Positions 46,880 through 57,646 of a stretch of 64,000 nucleotides of DNA are shown in pieces. Made by a program: the position numbers and the translations under genes. Below the pieces are notes generated by a model. That model was not told the DNA's origin. It made no database searches and saw only the letters and a list, made by a program, of their open reading frames with translations. The DNA comes from an uncultured Clostridia bacterium (GTDB lineage Bacteria > Bacillota > Clostridia > TANB77 > CAG-508): NCBI GenBank assembly GCA_947628735.1, contig CANRAY010000005.1, positions 7,652 through 71,651 on the forward strand, in the 5' to 3' direction. Every line of letters begins with the position of its first letter. The first letter of the stretch is position 1.

Positions 46880-49510
46880 TTAATTTAATAGTTCTTTTAA
46901 TGCTTCTATTAATTTTGGAATATCTATTGGTTTTGCTAAGTGGCCATTCATTCCGGCTTCTTTTGCTGCTTTTTTATCTTCTTCAAATGCATTTGCAGTC
47001 ATTGCTAAGATTGGAATATTAGCTATTTGTTTATTTTTAAATTTACGAATTGCTTTAGTTGCTTCATATCCATTCATAACTGGCATTTGAATATCCATTA
47101 ATACAAGATCAAAATATCCTGGTTCTGATTTTTCTAGAATTTCACAAGCTTCTTTTCCATTTTCAGCATTTTCTACTAAGAATCCAAAATCTTGTAAATA
47201 TTCTGTTGCAATTTCTCTATTCATCATATTATCTTCTACTAAAAGGATTCTTCTTCCTGAGAAATCAACTTTTTCTTCTTCTTTTTCCTCTTTTTCTTCT
47301 TTACCTATACTTTTTAATAAAATTCTTCTTAAATCTGATGGGAATAATGGTTTACTAACAAATTCTGTTACACCTGCTTCTCTTGCTTCTGTTTCAATTT
47401 CTCCCCAGTCATAAGCTGAAAGCATGATGATTGGAGGATTTTTTCCTACAATTTTACGAATACGTCTTGTTGTTTCAATACCATTCATATCTGGCATTAA
47501 CCAGTCTATTATGTATATTTGGTACTTTTCTTTCATTTGCTCAGCTTCTTTTGCACGTACAACAGCTTCTTTTCCATACATTGTCCATTCTGATTTTAAG
47601 CCTAATTGTCTTAACATATGAGCAATACTTTGACAAGAATTCATATCATCATCAACTACTAATGCATGTACACCTTTTAATTGTTCAATTTCTTCTATTT
47701 CCTTGTGTTCTTCTTGTAATCTTAGTTCTAATGTAACAATAAATTCTGTTCCTTTTCCAACTTCACTTTCTACTTTAATTGTTCCACCCATCATGTCTAC
47801 TATATTTTTAGTAATTGCCATTCCAAGTCCAGTTCCTTGAATTCCACTTACTGTTGAGTTACGTTCTCTTGCAAATGGTTCAAATATTTCTTTTAAGAAT
47901 TCTTTACTAATGCCAATTCCATTATCTTTTATTCTAAATTCATAAATTCCATAGCCTTTTTTTGATATTGGTTTTTGCGTAATACGAACAGAAATTGTTC
48001 CTCCTGGTTCTGTGAATTTTATAGCGTTTGATAATAGGTTTATTAAAATTTGATTTACTCTTAATTTATCACAATAAATATTTTCATCTGTTACATCTAC
48101 TGTATCAATAACAAATTCCATTTGTTTTGCGTTTACATCAGCTTGTACAATGTTTCTTATACTATGAAGTATATCTGCTAAATTTTCTTCTTTTTCTTCT
48201 ATATTTACTTTTCCTGATTCAATTCTGCTCATATCTAGTACGTCATTAATTAATGAAAGCAAATGATTTGAAGATTGAGTAATTTTATCAAGGTAATCTT
48301 CTACTCTTTCTTTATTATCAATGTGTGTTTTTGCAAGAGATGTGAATCCAATAATAGCGTTCATTGGTGTACGAATATCATGTGACATATTATTTAAAAA
48401 TGTGGTTTTTGCTCTATTTGCTTGTTCAGCTAGTGCTAAGGCTGATTCAAGTTCATCTCTATGTTGTATTTCAAAATTCATTGAATTTCGTTGTGAATGA
48501 TTTCTAAATATTAAGAATATAACAATTAATACTGTAACTAATACTGCTATAATTAATATTGTTAGCATTTGTAGTAAATTGCTACTTTGTTCTTGATAAA
48601 TTGAAAGTGGTACAGACATGATGCAATACCAATCTACCTCAGTCATTGGTGTACATACCATAATTCTGCTTTGTCCATCTAAAGAATACTCTAATGCAAA
48701 GCTTTCTCTTGCTTCTATTTTCTTTCGTACATCTTCTACTGTTAATCCATTCCCTATTCTTTCTTTTCCTAGAATACTATAAAAATCTTCTTTATCAAAT
48801 ATTGTGTTATTTTTATTGTATACAGACACTAAATAATATCCATCTTGATCGATAACACTACTATATCCTTGTCCACCATAACTTTCTATTTTTAGTTCAT
48901 CAGTTAAATTACTAAGTTCATAATATCCAACTGCATATACAAAGCGATTTCCATCAATAGTAAAAGGTTCTATTTTAGTACCTAATAATAATATTGACTT
49001 TCTTGTATCAGCTGCTGTAAGTTGAATGTCATCTTTTCTATGAGCAAATCTTGTTTTAGTTGAATTTTTACAAATTTCTAGCAATTCTGGATCATTGTTA
49101 ATCATATATGTACTACTAAATCTTTTACCATCTTCTGTTACTAAAACTACTTCTACTGCTTCTGCTGTTTCTGCTTTAATATTTAATTGTTCTAACATTT
49201 CTTGTGTCGTATCAAATTTGTTTTGTTTAATTTCTTTAGCAATTCCTTCTATATCTATCCATCTATGCTCTAATCCAGAAACAATCGATTTTTCATCATG
49301 TTTAGATATTTCTCTCATACTTCTTATTGATGATTCTACAATTCTTTCTGTTAAAAGTTGTGAAAATAGTTGATATGCGTAATATATAGCAATTACTGTA
49401 ATAATTGTTACAATTACAATAAAGAAATTGCTTCTTCTAATTTGTTTTGCTTTTTCTCTTATGTTTTTATCTATGCTACTTTTTACTTTTTCTTGATTCT
49501 TTTTATCCAA
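46880..49510 (-). CDS. Hybrid sensor histidine kinase with periplasmic Cache-like domain and two receiver domains
   Basis: 876 aa. H-box MSHDIRTPMNAIIGF, HATPase GTGLGMAITKNIV, and receivers with DWLMPDMNG and DIQMPVMNG. Confidence 0.9.
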   Translation of the reverse strand: MDKKNQEKVKSSIDKNIREKAKQIRRSNFFIVIVTIITVIAIYYAYQLFSQLLTERIVESSIRSMREISKHDEKSIVSGLEHRWIDIEGIAKEIKQNKFDTTQEMLEQLNIKAETAEAVEVVLVTEDGKRFSSTYMINNDPELLEICKNSTKTRFAHRKDDIQLTAADTRKSILLLGTKIEPFTIDGNRFVYAVGYYELSNLTDELKIESYGGQGYSSVIDQDGYYLVSVYNKNNTIFDKEDFYSILGKERIGNGLTVEDVRKKIEARESFALEYSLDGQSRIMVCTPMTEVDWYCIMSVPLSIYQEQSSNLLQMLTILIIAVLVTVLIVIFLIFRNHSQRNSMNFEIQHRDELESALALAEQANRAKTTFLNNMSHDIRTPMNAIIGFTSLAKTHIDNKERVEDYLDKITQSSNHLLSLINDVLDMSRIESGKVNIEEKEENLADILHSIRNIVQADVNAKQMEFVIDTVDVTDENIYCDKLRVNQILINLLSNAIKFTEPGGTISVRITQKPISKKGYGIYEFRIKDNGIGISKEFLKEIFEPFARERNSTVSGIQGTGLGMAITKNIVDMMGGTIKVESEVGKGTEFIVTLELRLQEEHKEIEEIEQLKGVHALVVDDDMNSCQSIAHMLRQLGLKSEWTMYGKEAVVRAKEAEQMKEKYQIYIIDWLMPDMNGIETTRRIRKIVGKNPPIIMLSAYDWGEIETEAREAGVTEFVSKPLFPSDLRRILLKSIGKEEKEEKEEEKVDFSGRRILLVEDNMMNREIATEYLQDFGFLVENAENGKEACEILEKSEPGYFDLVLMDIQMPVMNGYEATKAIRKFKNKQIANIPILAMTANAFEEDKKAAKEAGMNGHLAKPIDIPKLIEALKELLN

Positions 49511-49530
49511 TTTTATTTTTCCTCTCTTTC

Positions 49531-50601
49531 TTATTGTTTTGTATTAGCTGAGACTAAATCTTCTCTGGCATCATCAAAACATTTTAATAATTTTGGAGAA
49601 AAAGTTCCACATTCACCATCATGAATCATTCTATATGTTTCATCTATACTAAATGGAGGTTTATATACTCTTTCGTTTATAAGTGCATCATATACATCTA
49701 CAATTGATACTACTTGTGCCCAAATTGGTATATCATCTCCTACTAGACCATCTGGATATCCTTTTCCATCATATCTTTCATGATGATATCTACAAATATC
49801 ATAGCAATAGCGATAAAATTCATTTTCCTCTTGTTTGAATTTTTCTAGCATTTGACATCCATAGATAGTATGTTTCTTCATTTCTGCATATTCTTCATCA
49901 GTTAATCTTCCAGGTTTAAGTAATATATTATCTGGTATTGCTATTTTGCCAATATCATGAAGTGCAGATGCATTTACCATTAATTCTATTTGTTCATCCG
50001 TAAATTGTTCCCCACCATATAAGGCTCTCCAATGCCTTAACATAATTTCTGTATATTTTTTAACTCTTTGAATATGTTCTCCTGATTCTAGACTTCTAAA
50101 TTCTACTACTGAACTTAATGCATTAATTAAGAAAATGTTACTTTGCTCAATTTGTCTTTTGCTTTCAAATAATTCTTGAGTACGTAGTTCTAATTCATTT
50201 TCAATAGAAATTCTATGTTCATAAAGTTCTATTATATTTTTTGCTCTACGAGTAACTACTGCTGGTTCAAATGGTTTGTATATAATATCTGCTGCCCCTA
50301 ATTCATAAGCTTTTACATCACTTTCTACAGTTGCTTCTCCTGTTATCATAATAACTGGAATAATATTGATCATATTATTTAATGACATATGATGCATTAC
50401 TTCTAGTCCATTTTTCTTTGGCATAACTAAATCCAAAAACACAAGAGCTATTTCCTTTTGATGAGCATCTAATAGTTCAATAGCTTCTTCACCATTTGCT
50501 GCTTCTAAAATTTTGTATTCTCCATCTTCAAATATATCTTTTAACATTTCTCTGTTTATCATAACGTCATCTACTATTAATAATGTGTCTCTTTTTTCCA
50601 T
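49531..50601 (-). CDS. Response regulator with HD-GYP (c-di-GMP phosphodiesterase-type) output domain
   Basis: Start placed at ATG 50601 after AGAGGGG. Receiver LIVDD...DLVMPKKNG. HD-GYP signature HDIGK...HHERYDGKGYP. Confidence 0.88.
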   Translation of the reverse strand: MEKRDTLLIVDDVMINREMLKDIFEDGEYKILEAANGEEAIELLDAHQKEIALVFLDLVMPKKNGLEVMHHMSLNNMINIIPVIMITGEATVESDVKAYELGAADIIYKPFEPAVVTRRAKNIIELYEHRISIENELELRTQELFESKRQIEQSNIFLINALSSVVEFRSLESGEHIQRVKKYTEIMLRHWRALYGGEQFTDEQIELMVNASALHDIGKIAIPDNILLKPGRLTDEEYAEMKKHTIYGCQMLEKFKQEENEFYRYCYDICRYHHERYDGKGYPDGLVGDDIPIWAQVVSIVDVYDALINERVYKPPFSIDETYRMIHDGECGTFSPKLLKCFDDAREDLVSANTKQ

Positions 50602-50614
50602 AATTACCCCTCTT

Positions 50615-50959
50615 CTATATAATTTCATGGATTGCATCAATTACTTTTTGATATTCCTTTGTTACTATTGGAAATGTTTCTTTTGCTTTTTCAAATTCCT
50701 TTGCTCTTAATTCTTCTGTGATTTGTTCAACAACTGTGCTAAGTGCTGTAAATGCCATGTTTTGGCAAACACCTTTTAATGTATGAGCTCCTTTGAAAGC
50801 TTCTTCACAATTATTTAACTCCATAGCATCTGCTAATTGTTTATATGATTCGTCCATTAAAAAGAAATTTAAATATTTTTTTATTCTTTCATCATTTTGC
50901 ATTCTTGAAAGTGCAACTTCGTAGTTGCCATTTATTTTTTCATAAAATTCTTGTATCAT
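50615..50959 (-). CDS. Hpt (histidine phosphotransfer) domain protein
   Basis: 114 aa four-helix size with GAHTLKGVCQNM phospho-His motif. Confidence 0.8.
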   Translation of the reverse strand: MIQEFYEKINGNYEVALSRMQNDERIKKYLNFFLMDESYKQLADAMELNNCEEAFKGAHTLKGVCQNMAFTALSTVVEQITEELRAKEFEKAKETFPIVTKEYQKVIDAIHEII

Positions 50960-51029
50960 TTGTTATTCATCCTTTCTATTTTCTTCTATTAAGTTATAAT
51001 AACTATTAAAAAAAGTCAATAAAATTTGT

Positions 51030-51069
51030 ACAAAAAATAAAGGGGATTTGCAAATTTGCTTTCCCCTTT
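51030..51069 (-). terminator. Intrinsic terminator after lepB
   Basis: aaagggga/tccccttt stem with an inner gcaaa/tttgc stem. The tail TTTATTTTTTG follows on the minus strand. Confidence 0.75.
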
Positions 51070-51116
51070 ACACTTAAATTCTAACTGATTACTGAAATAT
51101 TTTTTTGTTAATTCTT

Positions 51117-51761
51117 TTATTCAATTCCACCTATTTTATTTAATGGCCAAAATCTACAAATGACCTTTGATTCCACTTTTTCTATTGGTACACATCCGAA
51201 TACTCTTGAATCATCACTATGATCACGATTATCTCCCATTACAAATATACAATCATCTGGTACAGTTAGGTCATAGAATGGACCTGTTCTCTTTGTTTGT
51301 AAACCTTCTCGTAAATATGGTTCATCTAATTTTTCTCCATTTATGTATACTTCTCCATTTTCTGTAATTGTTACATGTTCTCCAGGTAATGCGATTACTC
51401 TTTTAATATAACTTTCTTTCGTTATTTCTAATACATAATATACAAAATTTGAGAATAATCCGTTTATTTCTCTATCATAAGTTGCTATAGGTTTTTCCAT
51501 GTCTACCGAATCATTAATATAGTATTTTTTACTTGGAGCTTCAAAAGTAATAACATCTCCTCTTTTTAAGTCAGCGTGAATAGTTCTTGACCATCTATCT
51601 AGTAATAGCCTATCATTATTTTCTAATGTTGGATACATAGATACTTGTTTTACTACTGTTGGAGTTATTAAAAAATGTTTAATTAATAATGCTAATACGA
51701 ATGCTACTAATATACATACAACCCATTCAATTCTATCTTTTGCTTTTTCACTTAATTCCAT
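51117..51761 (-). CDS. lepB: Signal peptidase I
   Basis: 214 aa. SMYPTL catalytic Ser box, YIKRVIALPG Lys box and GDNRDHSDDSR. Confidence 0.93.
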   Translation of the reverse strand: MELSEKAKDRIEWVVCILVAFVLALLIKHFLITPTVVKQVSMYPTLENNDRLLLDRWSRTIHADLKRGDVITFEAPSKKYYINDSVDMEKPIATYDREINGLFSNFVYYVLEITKESYIKRVIALPGEHVTITENGEVYINGEKLDEPYLREGLQTKRTGPFYDLTVPDDCIFVMGDNRDHSDDSRVFGCVPIEKVESKVICRFWPLNKIGGIE

Positions 51762-51885
51762 TTTCTTTTGCCTTCCTTATAATAAACTTTTATTACTATA
51801 TCATATTTTATAATTTATGGCTAGTTTTTTTTATATAAATATTATATAATTTTTTATATTTTGCTTATATGTTTGGAGAATTAAG

Positions 51886-52782
51886 ATGAAATTAACTTAT
51901 ATTGTTAAAAATAATGGTCTTTATAAAAATGTATCAGAAATTTTAAAATGCGAATTTAAAATTTCTAATAGATTATTACATAAATTAAAGCTTTCTCATT
52001 CTATATTTATAAATAATGTATCTGTGCTACCTCATCAACTTGTTAATATTGGAGATATAGTTTCTGTTAATATTCAATTTGACGAAGATAATTCTAATAT
52101 ATCTCCTACAAAAATGAATTTACAAATTTTATATGAGGATGATGCTTATCTTGTTGTTGATAAAGTAGCTGGTATGCCAGTTCATCCTTCTATGGAGCAT
52201 TATACAGATAGTTTATCTAATGGTATTAAATATTATTTTGATTTACAAAATTTAAAACGAAAAATAAGACCAGTTAATCGTATTGATAAAGATACTTCTG
52301 GAATTGTTATTTTTGCTAAAAATGAATATATTCAAGAAAGTTTAATTGATCAAATGAAATTAAATGTTTTTAAGAAAGAATATGTTGCTATTTGTGAAGG
52401 CATTTTTGAAGAAAAACAGGGAACTATTTGTGCTCCTATAGCTAGGAAAGAAAATAGTATTATAGAAAGATGTGTACAAGAAAATGGCGACAATTCTATT
52501 ACTCATTATGAAGTTTTAAATGAAATAAAATTTAATAATATTTGTTATTCTATTGTAAAGTTTATTTTGGAAACTGGTAGAACACATCAAATTCGTGTTC
52601 ATATGCAATATATTGGACATCCTATTTTAGGAGATACTTTATATGGAAATGCTTCTTCTCTTATTTCTAGACAAGCTTTACATGCATATAGAGTAAATTT
52701 TATTCATCCGATTACTAAAAAAGATGTTTCTTATACATCTCCAATTCCAGATGATATGAAAAATTTAATGATTGAAAAATAA
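51886..52782 (+). CDS. RluA-family pseudouridine synthase
   Basis: 298 aa. S4-like N-terminus, catalytic NRIDKDTSGIVIFAKN and GRTHQIRVH. Confidence 0.9.
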   Translation: MKLTYIVKNNGLYKNVSEILKCEFKISNRLLHKLKLSHSIFINNVSVLPHQLVNIGDIVSVNIQFDEDNSNISPTKMNLQILYEDDAYLVVDKVAGMPVHPSMEHYTDSLSNGIKYYFDLQNLKRKIRPVNRIDKDTSGIVIFAKNEYIQESLIDQMKLNVFKKEYVAICEGIFEEKQGTICAPIARKENSIIERCVQENGDNSITHYEVLNEIKFNNICYSIVKFILETGRTHQIRVHMQYIGHPILGDTLYGNASSLISRQALHAYRVNFIHPITKKDVSYTSPIPDDMKNLMIEK

Positions 52783-52787
52783 TATTG

Positions 52788-52817
52788 AAAAAAGATAGGA
52801 TCATACCTATCTTTTTT
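52788..52817. terminator. Bidirectional terminator shared by the pseudouridine synthase gene and rnpB
   Basis: Reads aaaagatagg-atcata-cctatctttt with A and T runs on each side. Confidence 0.75.
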
Positions 52818-52821
52818 CATA

Positions 52822-53180
52822 TATAAAGTAAATCTGTAAGCCGGGTTCTGTCGTGAATAGTCATTTATCTAGTACATATATTGCTATATGTCTCTTGCCA
52901 CCAAATTAAGAAGATGACGAGCAGTCTTATCCTTCTTGTCTCGGTGTTGCTCCTGATGGGGTTTACATTGACCCAATATGTCACCATATCAGCGGTAAGC
53001 TCTTACCTTGCCTTTTCATCCTTACCTTTTTAAAAGGCGGTTATTTTCTGTTGCACTTTCCTTAAGGTTTCCCTCACTGGACGTTATCCAGCATCATTGC
53101 TCTATGGAGCCCGGACTTTCCTCGTACGCTGTCTTTCGACTTTGCTATACGCGACTATTCAATTTACTCCTTTATTATTT
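52822..53180 (-). ncRNA. rnpB: RNase P RNA (bacterial, Firmicutes type)
   Basis: The minus strand carries the universal GAGGAAAGTCCGGGCTCCATAGAGC (53101..53125) and ACAGAACCCGGCTTACAG (52835..52852). It is a GC-rich island in AT-rich DNA. Ends are approximate (P1 pairing GTAAAT/ATTTAC). Confidence 0.92.
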
Positions 53181-53216
53181 TACTATAGATTTTATATAAA
53201 GTCAAACTCCAACCTT

Positions 53217-54149
53217 TTACATTACTGTTTCTAACTCTTGCATTATATTTTTGTAATTAACGTAAAATGCATCTTTATTTTGATTATTTATGTTTTTTTC
53301 TAATTCATTTAATATAATATATCCTTTATTAATACTACCAATATCATTTGTGTTTTTTGCATTATTTAGTAATGTATTGTATTCATTTTTAGCATTTATT
53401 ATATTTTGTTTCATTTCATTCCAATTATCCTCTTCTATTAGAGCATATGCATTTAAAATGTAACTTTTTATTTTTAAAATCTTGTTTAAATTATTATCAT
53501 TAGAATATTGCTCTGTATATTGATTTAATAAACTATATAAATTGGCTAAATTTTTCATTGCTTCTGTTTTATTCTCATCTTCTAAAGACTGTACAGTTCT
53601 ATCTAAAATATTTGTATATTGTAATAATTGCTCTCCATTTACATTTAAGGATGTAAGATCTATTAATGTAATTGGCCAAGTAGAATACATTAATTCTGTT
53701 TCTTGCTTTAGCGTGTCCCAATTAATTTCTTTATTTTTATTTGTTAAAACTCCTGTTGCTTCTACAGTTGATATTGTCATAGTTTCGCTTTCAGAAGTAT
53801 TACTTTCATTTCCAGATTGTCCAGATTGCGATTCTTCCCCACCTTCACTTTGTTCTCCATTTTCATTACTCTCTTGAGCGCTACTTGAACCAGAAGTTGA
53901 TTTTCCTTTTTCGCTATTTGGAGATGGAATTTTGCTTTCTGTTACTTGATAGTTTGTATAAGAGATATTATTAAAATGATTAAGCATTGTTATAATACTT
54001 GAATCTAATTGTTTTATTTCTTCAGTTGCCTTTGCTTTTATTGTTTCTGGATTTGTATTCATATTAATATTCTTATATACATAATATCCTATTAAAATAA
54101 GAATAATTATGATAATTATAATGCATACTGTTATTACATATTTTTTCAT
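53217..54149 (-). CDS. Hypothetical membrane-anchored protein with Ser/Glu/Gly/Gln-rich linker
   Basis: Start placed at ATG 54149 (AAAGGA RBS; MKKYVITVCIII TM). Helical C-terminal domain. No motif recognised. Confidence 0.5.
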   Translation of the reverse strand: MKKYVITVCIIIIIIILILIGYYVYKNINMNTNPETIKAKATEEIKQLDSSIITMLNHFNNISYTNYQVTESKIPSPNSEKGKSTSGSSSAQESNENGEQSEGGEESQSGQSGNESNTSESETMTISTVEATGVLTNKNKEINWDTLKQETELMYSTWPITLIDLTSLNVNGEQLLQYTNILDRTVQSLEDENKTEAMKNLANLYSLLNQYTEQYSNDNNLNKILKIKSYILNAYALIEEDNWNEMKQNIINAKNEYNTLLNNAKNTNDIGSINKGYIILNELEKNINNQNKDAFYVNYKNIMQELETVM

Positions 54150-54277
54150 AAAAAATCCTTTCTTTTGCATAATAATTATTCATATTATTACCAAAAAAAT
54201 TACCTTTTATTCTCTTGTATGATTATTTTTTGAAATGTTATACTATTATTAAAAATATATGAATTGAAAGGATTTTT

Positions 54278-54574
54278 ATGGAAGCTATTATTAAATTATC
54301 TAGCAAACAGCCAGATGATATTTTTCATTTTTTAAATGCTTTTTTTCGTTATTCTCACGAAAATGTAAAAACTTATTTACCTCATACATTAGAATGGCAA
54401 AAAAAATACCAAAATCCCACCGAAATGGTGGATATTATTGGTACTTTAATTGAAAATACTGATCAATATCAAATTCACATGTGGATTAGTTTAGATTCTG
54501 GCTTATTTATTCATGTTACTGAATCAAATGCTGATCAAGTAATCCGTTATATTTATGAAAGATACCCTTGGTAA
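54278..54574 (+). CDS. Hypothetical protein
   Basis: 98 aa. RBS AAAGGA. No motif recognised. Confidence 0.45.
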   Translation: MEAIIKLSSKQPDDIFHFLNAFFRYSHENVKTYLPHTLEWQKKYQNPTEMVDIIGTLIENTDQYQIHMWISLDSGLFIHVTESNADQVIRYIYERYPW

Positions 54575-54576
54575 TC

Positions 54577-55563
54577 TTATTCACATTTCTTTTCACGTGT
54601 CATTAATTGAGTAACTGCTTCTGATGGTTTTAAGTTATTATATAATACATCATATACTGTATTAACAATTGGCATTTCTATATTATATTTTTTAGCTAAT
54701 TGATAAGCTAATTCTATATTATCTATACTTTCAATAGTCATTCCTACTTCTTTTCTAGTTTCTTCTATTGAAAGACCTCTTCCTATACATCTTCCTGCTC
54801 TTCTATTTCTACTATGTTCACTCAAACAAGTAACAATTAAATCTCCTAATCCTGATAGTCCATAGAAAGTATTGTGATTTCCTCCCATTGCTACTCCTAA
54901 TCTGGAAATTTCTGTTAATCCTCTTGTAATAAGTGCAGCAAATGTATTGTCTCCCATATTTAACTCTGCTATAATTCCTGCACAGAAAGCAATAATGTTT
55001 TTTAATGCTCCTCCTAGTTCAGCTCCTTTTACATCTGATGTTGTGTATATTCTTAAATTTTCATTCATAAATGTATCTTGTACACTATATAAAACATCAA
55101 TATGTTTTGAAGCAATTGTAATAGCTGTTGGAACACCTATTGATACTTCTTCTGCATGGCTTGGACCTGTAAAAATTCCTATTTTTCTGTTTGGCATTTC
55201 TTCTGATGCTACTTCACTTAATGTATATAGTGTAGATGCTTCAAAACCTTTAGAACAAATAATAACAGGTTGATCCTCATTTAAATAATCTTTATACTTT
55301 CTTATTGTTTCTCTTGTAAATTTTGATGGTGTAACATGTAATATCATGTCAGTTCCTTTTACAGCTTCTTCTATATTTGTTGTGCAAACTACATTGCTTG
55401 GAATAGTAGCTTCTGGTAAAAATTTGCACTTTCTTTCTTTATTAATTAATTCTGCCTCTTCAGCTGAATAAGACCATAGTCTTACTTCATGGCCCATTTT
55501 AGCTGCATGAATTGCTAATGCTACTCCCCAACTTCCACTGCCTATAATACATATTTTTTTCAT
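54577..55563 (-). CDS. gpsA: NAD(P)H-dependent glycerol-3-phosphate dehydrogenase
   Basis: 328 aa. GSGSWGVALA Rossmann motif. Sits in the conserved der-plsY-gpsA order. Confidence 0.93.
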   Translation of the reverse strand: MKKICIIGSGSWGVALAIHAAKMGHEVRLWSYSAEEAELINKERKCKFLPEATIPSNVVCTTNIEEAVKGTDMILHVTPSKFTRETIRKYKDYLNEDQPVIICSKGFEASTLYTLSEVASEEMPNRKIGIFTGPSHAEEVSIGVPTAITIASKHIDVLYSVQDTFMNENLRIYTTSDVKGAELGGALKNIIAFCAGIIAELNMGDNTFAALITRGLTEISRLGVAMGGNHNTFYGLSGLGDLIVTCLSEHSRNRRAGRCIGRGLSIEETRKEVGMTIESIDNIELAYQLAKKYNIEMPIVNTVYDVLYNNLKPSEAVTQLMTREKKCE

Positions 55564-55587
55564 AAATTTTTTCCTTTCGTTTTTTGG

Positions 55588-56220
55588 TTATTTCAAATTT
55601 TTAAAGTTAATTTTATTTTCTTTGCCTTCTAAAATTCTTTTTACGTTTGACCTATGATTAAAAACAACAAGAACTGCTAATAGTATACTTCCAATAACTA
55701 CTGGTAATACATTGGTTCCTTCTTCTATTCCTAAAAAAATCATTAATACAGGATATAGAATTGCTGCCATAATTGATCCTATTGAAACAGTTTGTGTTAA
55801 TGCCATTAATACTAAGGCAAATACTAAACAAATTAATCCTACCTGCCAATTTGTTGAAAGAATAACACCTAAAGATGTTGCTACTCCTTTTCCACCTTTA
55901 AAACCGAAAAATAATGGGAATGTATGTCCTAGGACAACTGAAATACCTGCTATTTGAAGAAGTAGTGTTCCGTCTAATTCTGGCCATATCCATGCAATTA
56001 GTCTAGCTATTAAAATAGAAACAACACCTTTTAATATATCACATATCAATGTAAGTGCTGCAGCTTTTTTTCCAACTGTTCTCAACATATTGGTAGTTCC
56101 AGCATTTCCACTTCCTTTTTCTCTTACATCAAATCCTGCTAATTTTTTACTAAAAATAACTGAAAAATTAATACTTCCTATTAAATATGCTATTATTGCT
56201 ATAATAATGTATGCTACCAT
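55588..56220 (-). CDS. plsY: Glycerol-3-phosphate acyltransferase PlsY
   Basis: 210 aa. GSGNAGTTN and GFKGGKGVAT motifs. Confidence 0.93.
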   Translation of the reverse strand: MVAYIIIAIIAYLIGSINFSVIFSKKLAGFDVREKGSGNAGTTNMLRTVGKKAAALTLICDILKGVVSILIARLIAWIWPELDGTLLLQIAGISVVLGHTFPLFFGFKGGKGVATSLGVILSTNWQVGLICLVFALVLMALTQTVSIGSIMAAILYPVLMIFLGIEEGTNVLPVVIGSILLAVLVVFNHRSNVKRILEGKENKINFKNLK

Positions 56221-56240
56221 AATATATTCCCCCTATCTTT

Positions 56241-57569
56241 TTATTCTTCTTTTTCGCTTTTTTCTCTTACTATTATTCTTACTGGCGTTCCTGTTAAGCC
56301 AAATTCTTTACGAATTTGATTTACTAAATATCTTTCATATGAAAAATGAAATAGTTTTTTATCATTTACAAATACTACAAATGTTGGTGGTTTAGTTGAT
56401 GCTTGTGTCATATAAAATACACGTAGTCTTCTACCTTTATCTGTTGGTGGTTGTACAATAGCAATTGCTTCATTTAACACCTGATTTAATACTGATGTAG
56501 ATACCCTGATTGCATTTTGACTTGCTACACTATTTATAAGTTCAAATAGTTTATTAACTCTTTGTCCTGTTTTCGCTGAAATAAATAAAATTGGTGCATA
56601 TGATAAATATGATAATTTATTGTATACTTCTTTTTTGTATTTTTCTAATGTACCTGTATCTTTATCATATTCATCCCATTTATTTACTACTATAATGACG
56701 CCTTTACCAGCTTCGTGGGCTTCTCCTGCAATTTTAGTATCTTGCTCTGTTACACCTTCTGTTGCATCAATCATTAATAAACATACATCTGATCTTTCTA
56801 TGGCTAAAAGACTTCTCATTACACTATATTTTTCCAAGTCTTCAGATACTTTACTTTTCTTTCTAATTCCAGCAGTATCAATAAAAATATATTTTCCAAA
56901 TTCATTTGAAAATTCTGTATCGATAGCATCTCTTGTTGTACCTGCTATATCACTTACAATTACTCTATCTTCACCCAAAATTTTATTTATTAGTGAAGAT
57001 TTGCCTACATTTGGTTTTCCTATAATTGCTACTTTAATGACATCATCATCTTCTTCATCATCTTCTTGAGGAGGTAGATTATCATAAATGGCGTCTAATA
57101 CATCTCCTATTCCAATAGCATTTGCAGATGAAACACGATATGGTTCTCCTAAACCTAAATTGTAGAATTCATACAATTCTGCAGGTGTTTCTCCATATTC
57201 ATCTGCTTTATTACACACTAGAATTATCGGCTTTTTAGATTTTTTTAGCATTAAAGCAATATCATGATCTGCAGCTGTTACTCCTTCTTTTATATTTGTC
57301 AAAAATACAATAACGTCTGCCATAGCAATTGCTAAATTTGCCTGTTCTCTCATTTGTGATAATATAACATCCTCAGATTTTGGTTCAATTCCACCTGTAT
57401 CAATGAAAGTAAATTTTCTTCCTCTCCAATTTGTATCTGCATATATTCTATCTCTTGTGACTCCTGGAGTATCTTTTACAATAGATATTTTCTTTCCTAC
57501 AATGTAATTGAAAAATGTTGATTTTCCTACATTTGGTCTTCCTATAATTGCCACTGTTGGCTTTCCCAT
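56241..57569 (-). CDS. der: Ribosome-biogenesis GTPase Der (EngA)
   Basis: 442 aa. Tandem G domains (GRPNVGKST, GKPNVGKSS) plus a KH-like C-terminus. Confidence 0.95.
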   Translation of the reverse strand: MGKPTVAIIGRPNVGKSTFFNYIVGKKISIVKDTPGVTRDRIYADTNWRGRKFTFIDTGGIEPKSEDVILSQMREQANLAIAMADVIVFLTNIKEGVTAADHDIALMLKKSKKPIILVCNKADEYGETPAELYEFYNLGLGEPYRVSSANAIGIGDVLDAIYDNLPPQEDDEEDDDVIKVAIIGKPNVGKSSLINKILGEDRVIVSDIAGTTRDAIDTEFSNEFGKYIFIDTAGIRKKSKVSEDLEKYSVMRSLLAIERSDVCLLMIDATEGVTEQDTKIAGEAHEAGKGVIIVVNKWDEYDKDTGTLEKYKKEVYNKLSYLSYAPILFISAKTGQRVNKLFELINSVASQNAIRVSTSVLNQVLNEAIAIVQPPTDKGRRLRVFYMTQASTKPPTFVVFVNDKKLFHFSYERYLVNQIRKEFGLTGTPVRIIVREKSEKEE

Positions 57570-57646
57570 TCTGTTTCACCTCTTTTTCAATATTATTTTA
57601 CTATACTAACTCTAAAATAGCAATAAATATTACATTAACTTTTTCT

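Noticed and set aside
53008-53199. 63-aa plus-strand ORF
   Set aside because: It lies entirely within the RNase P RNA gene on the opposite strand. Its openness is explained by the GC-rich structured RNA.
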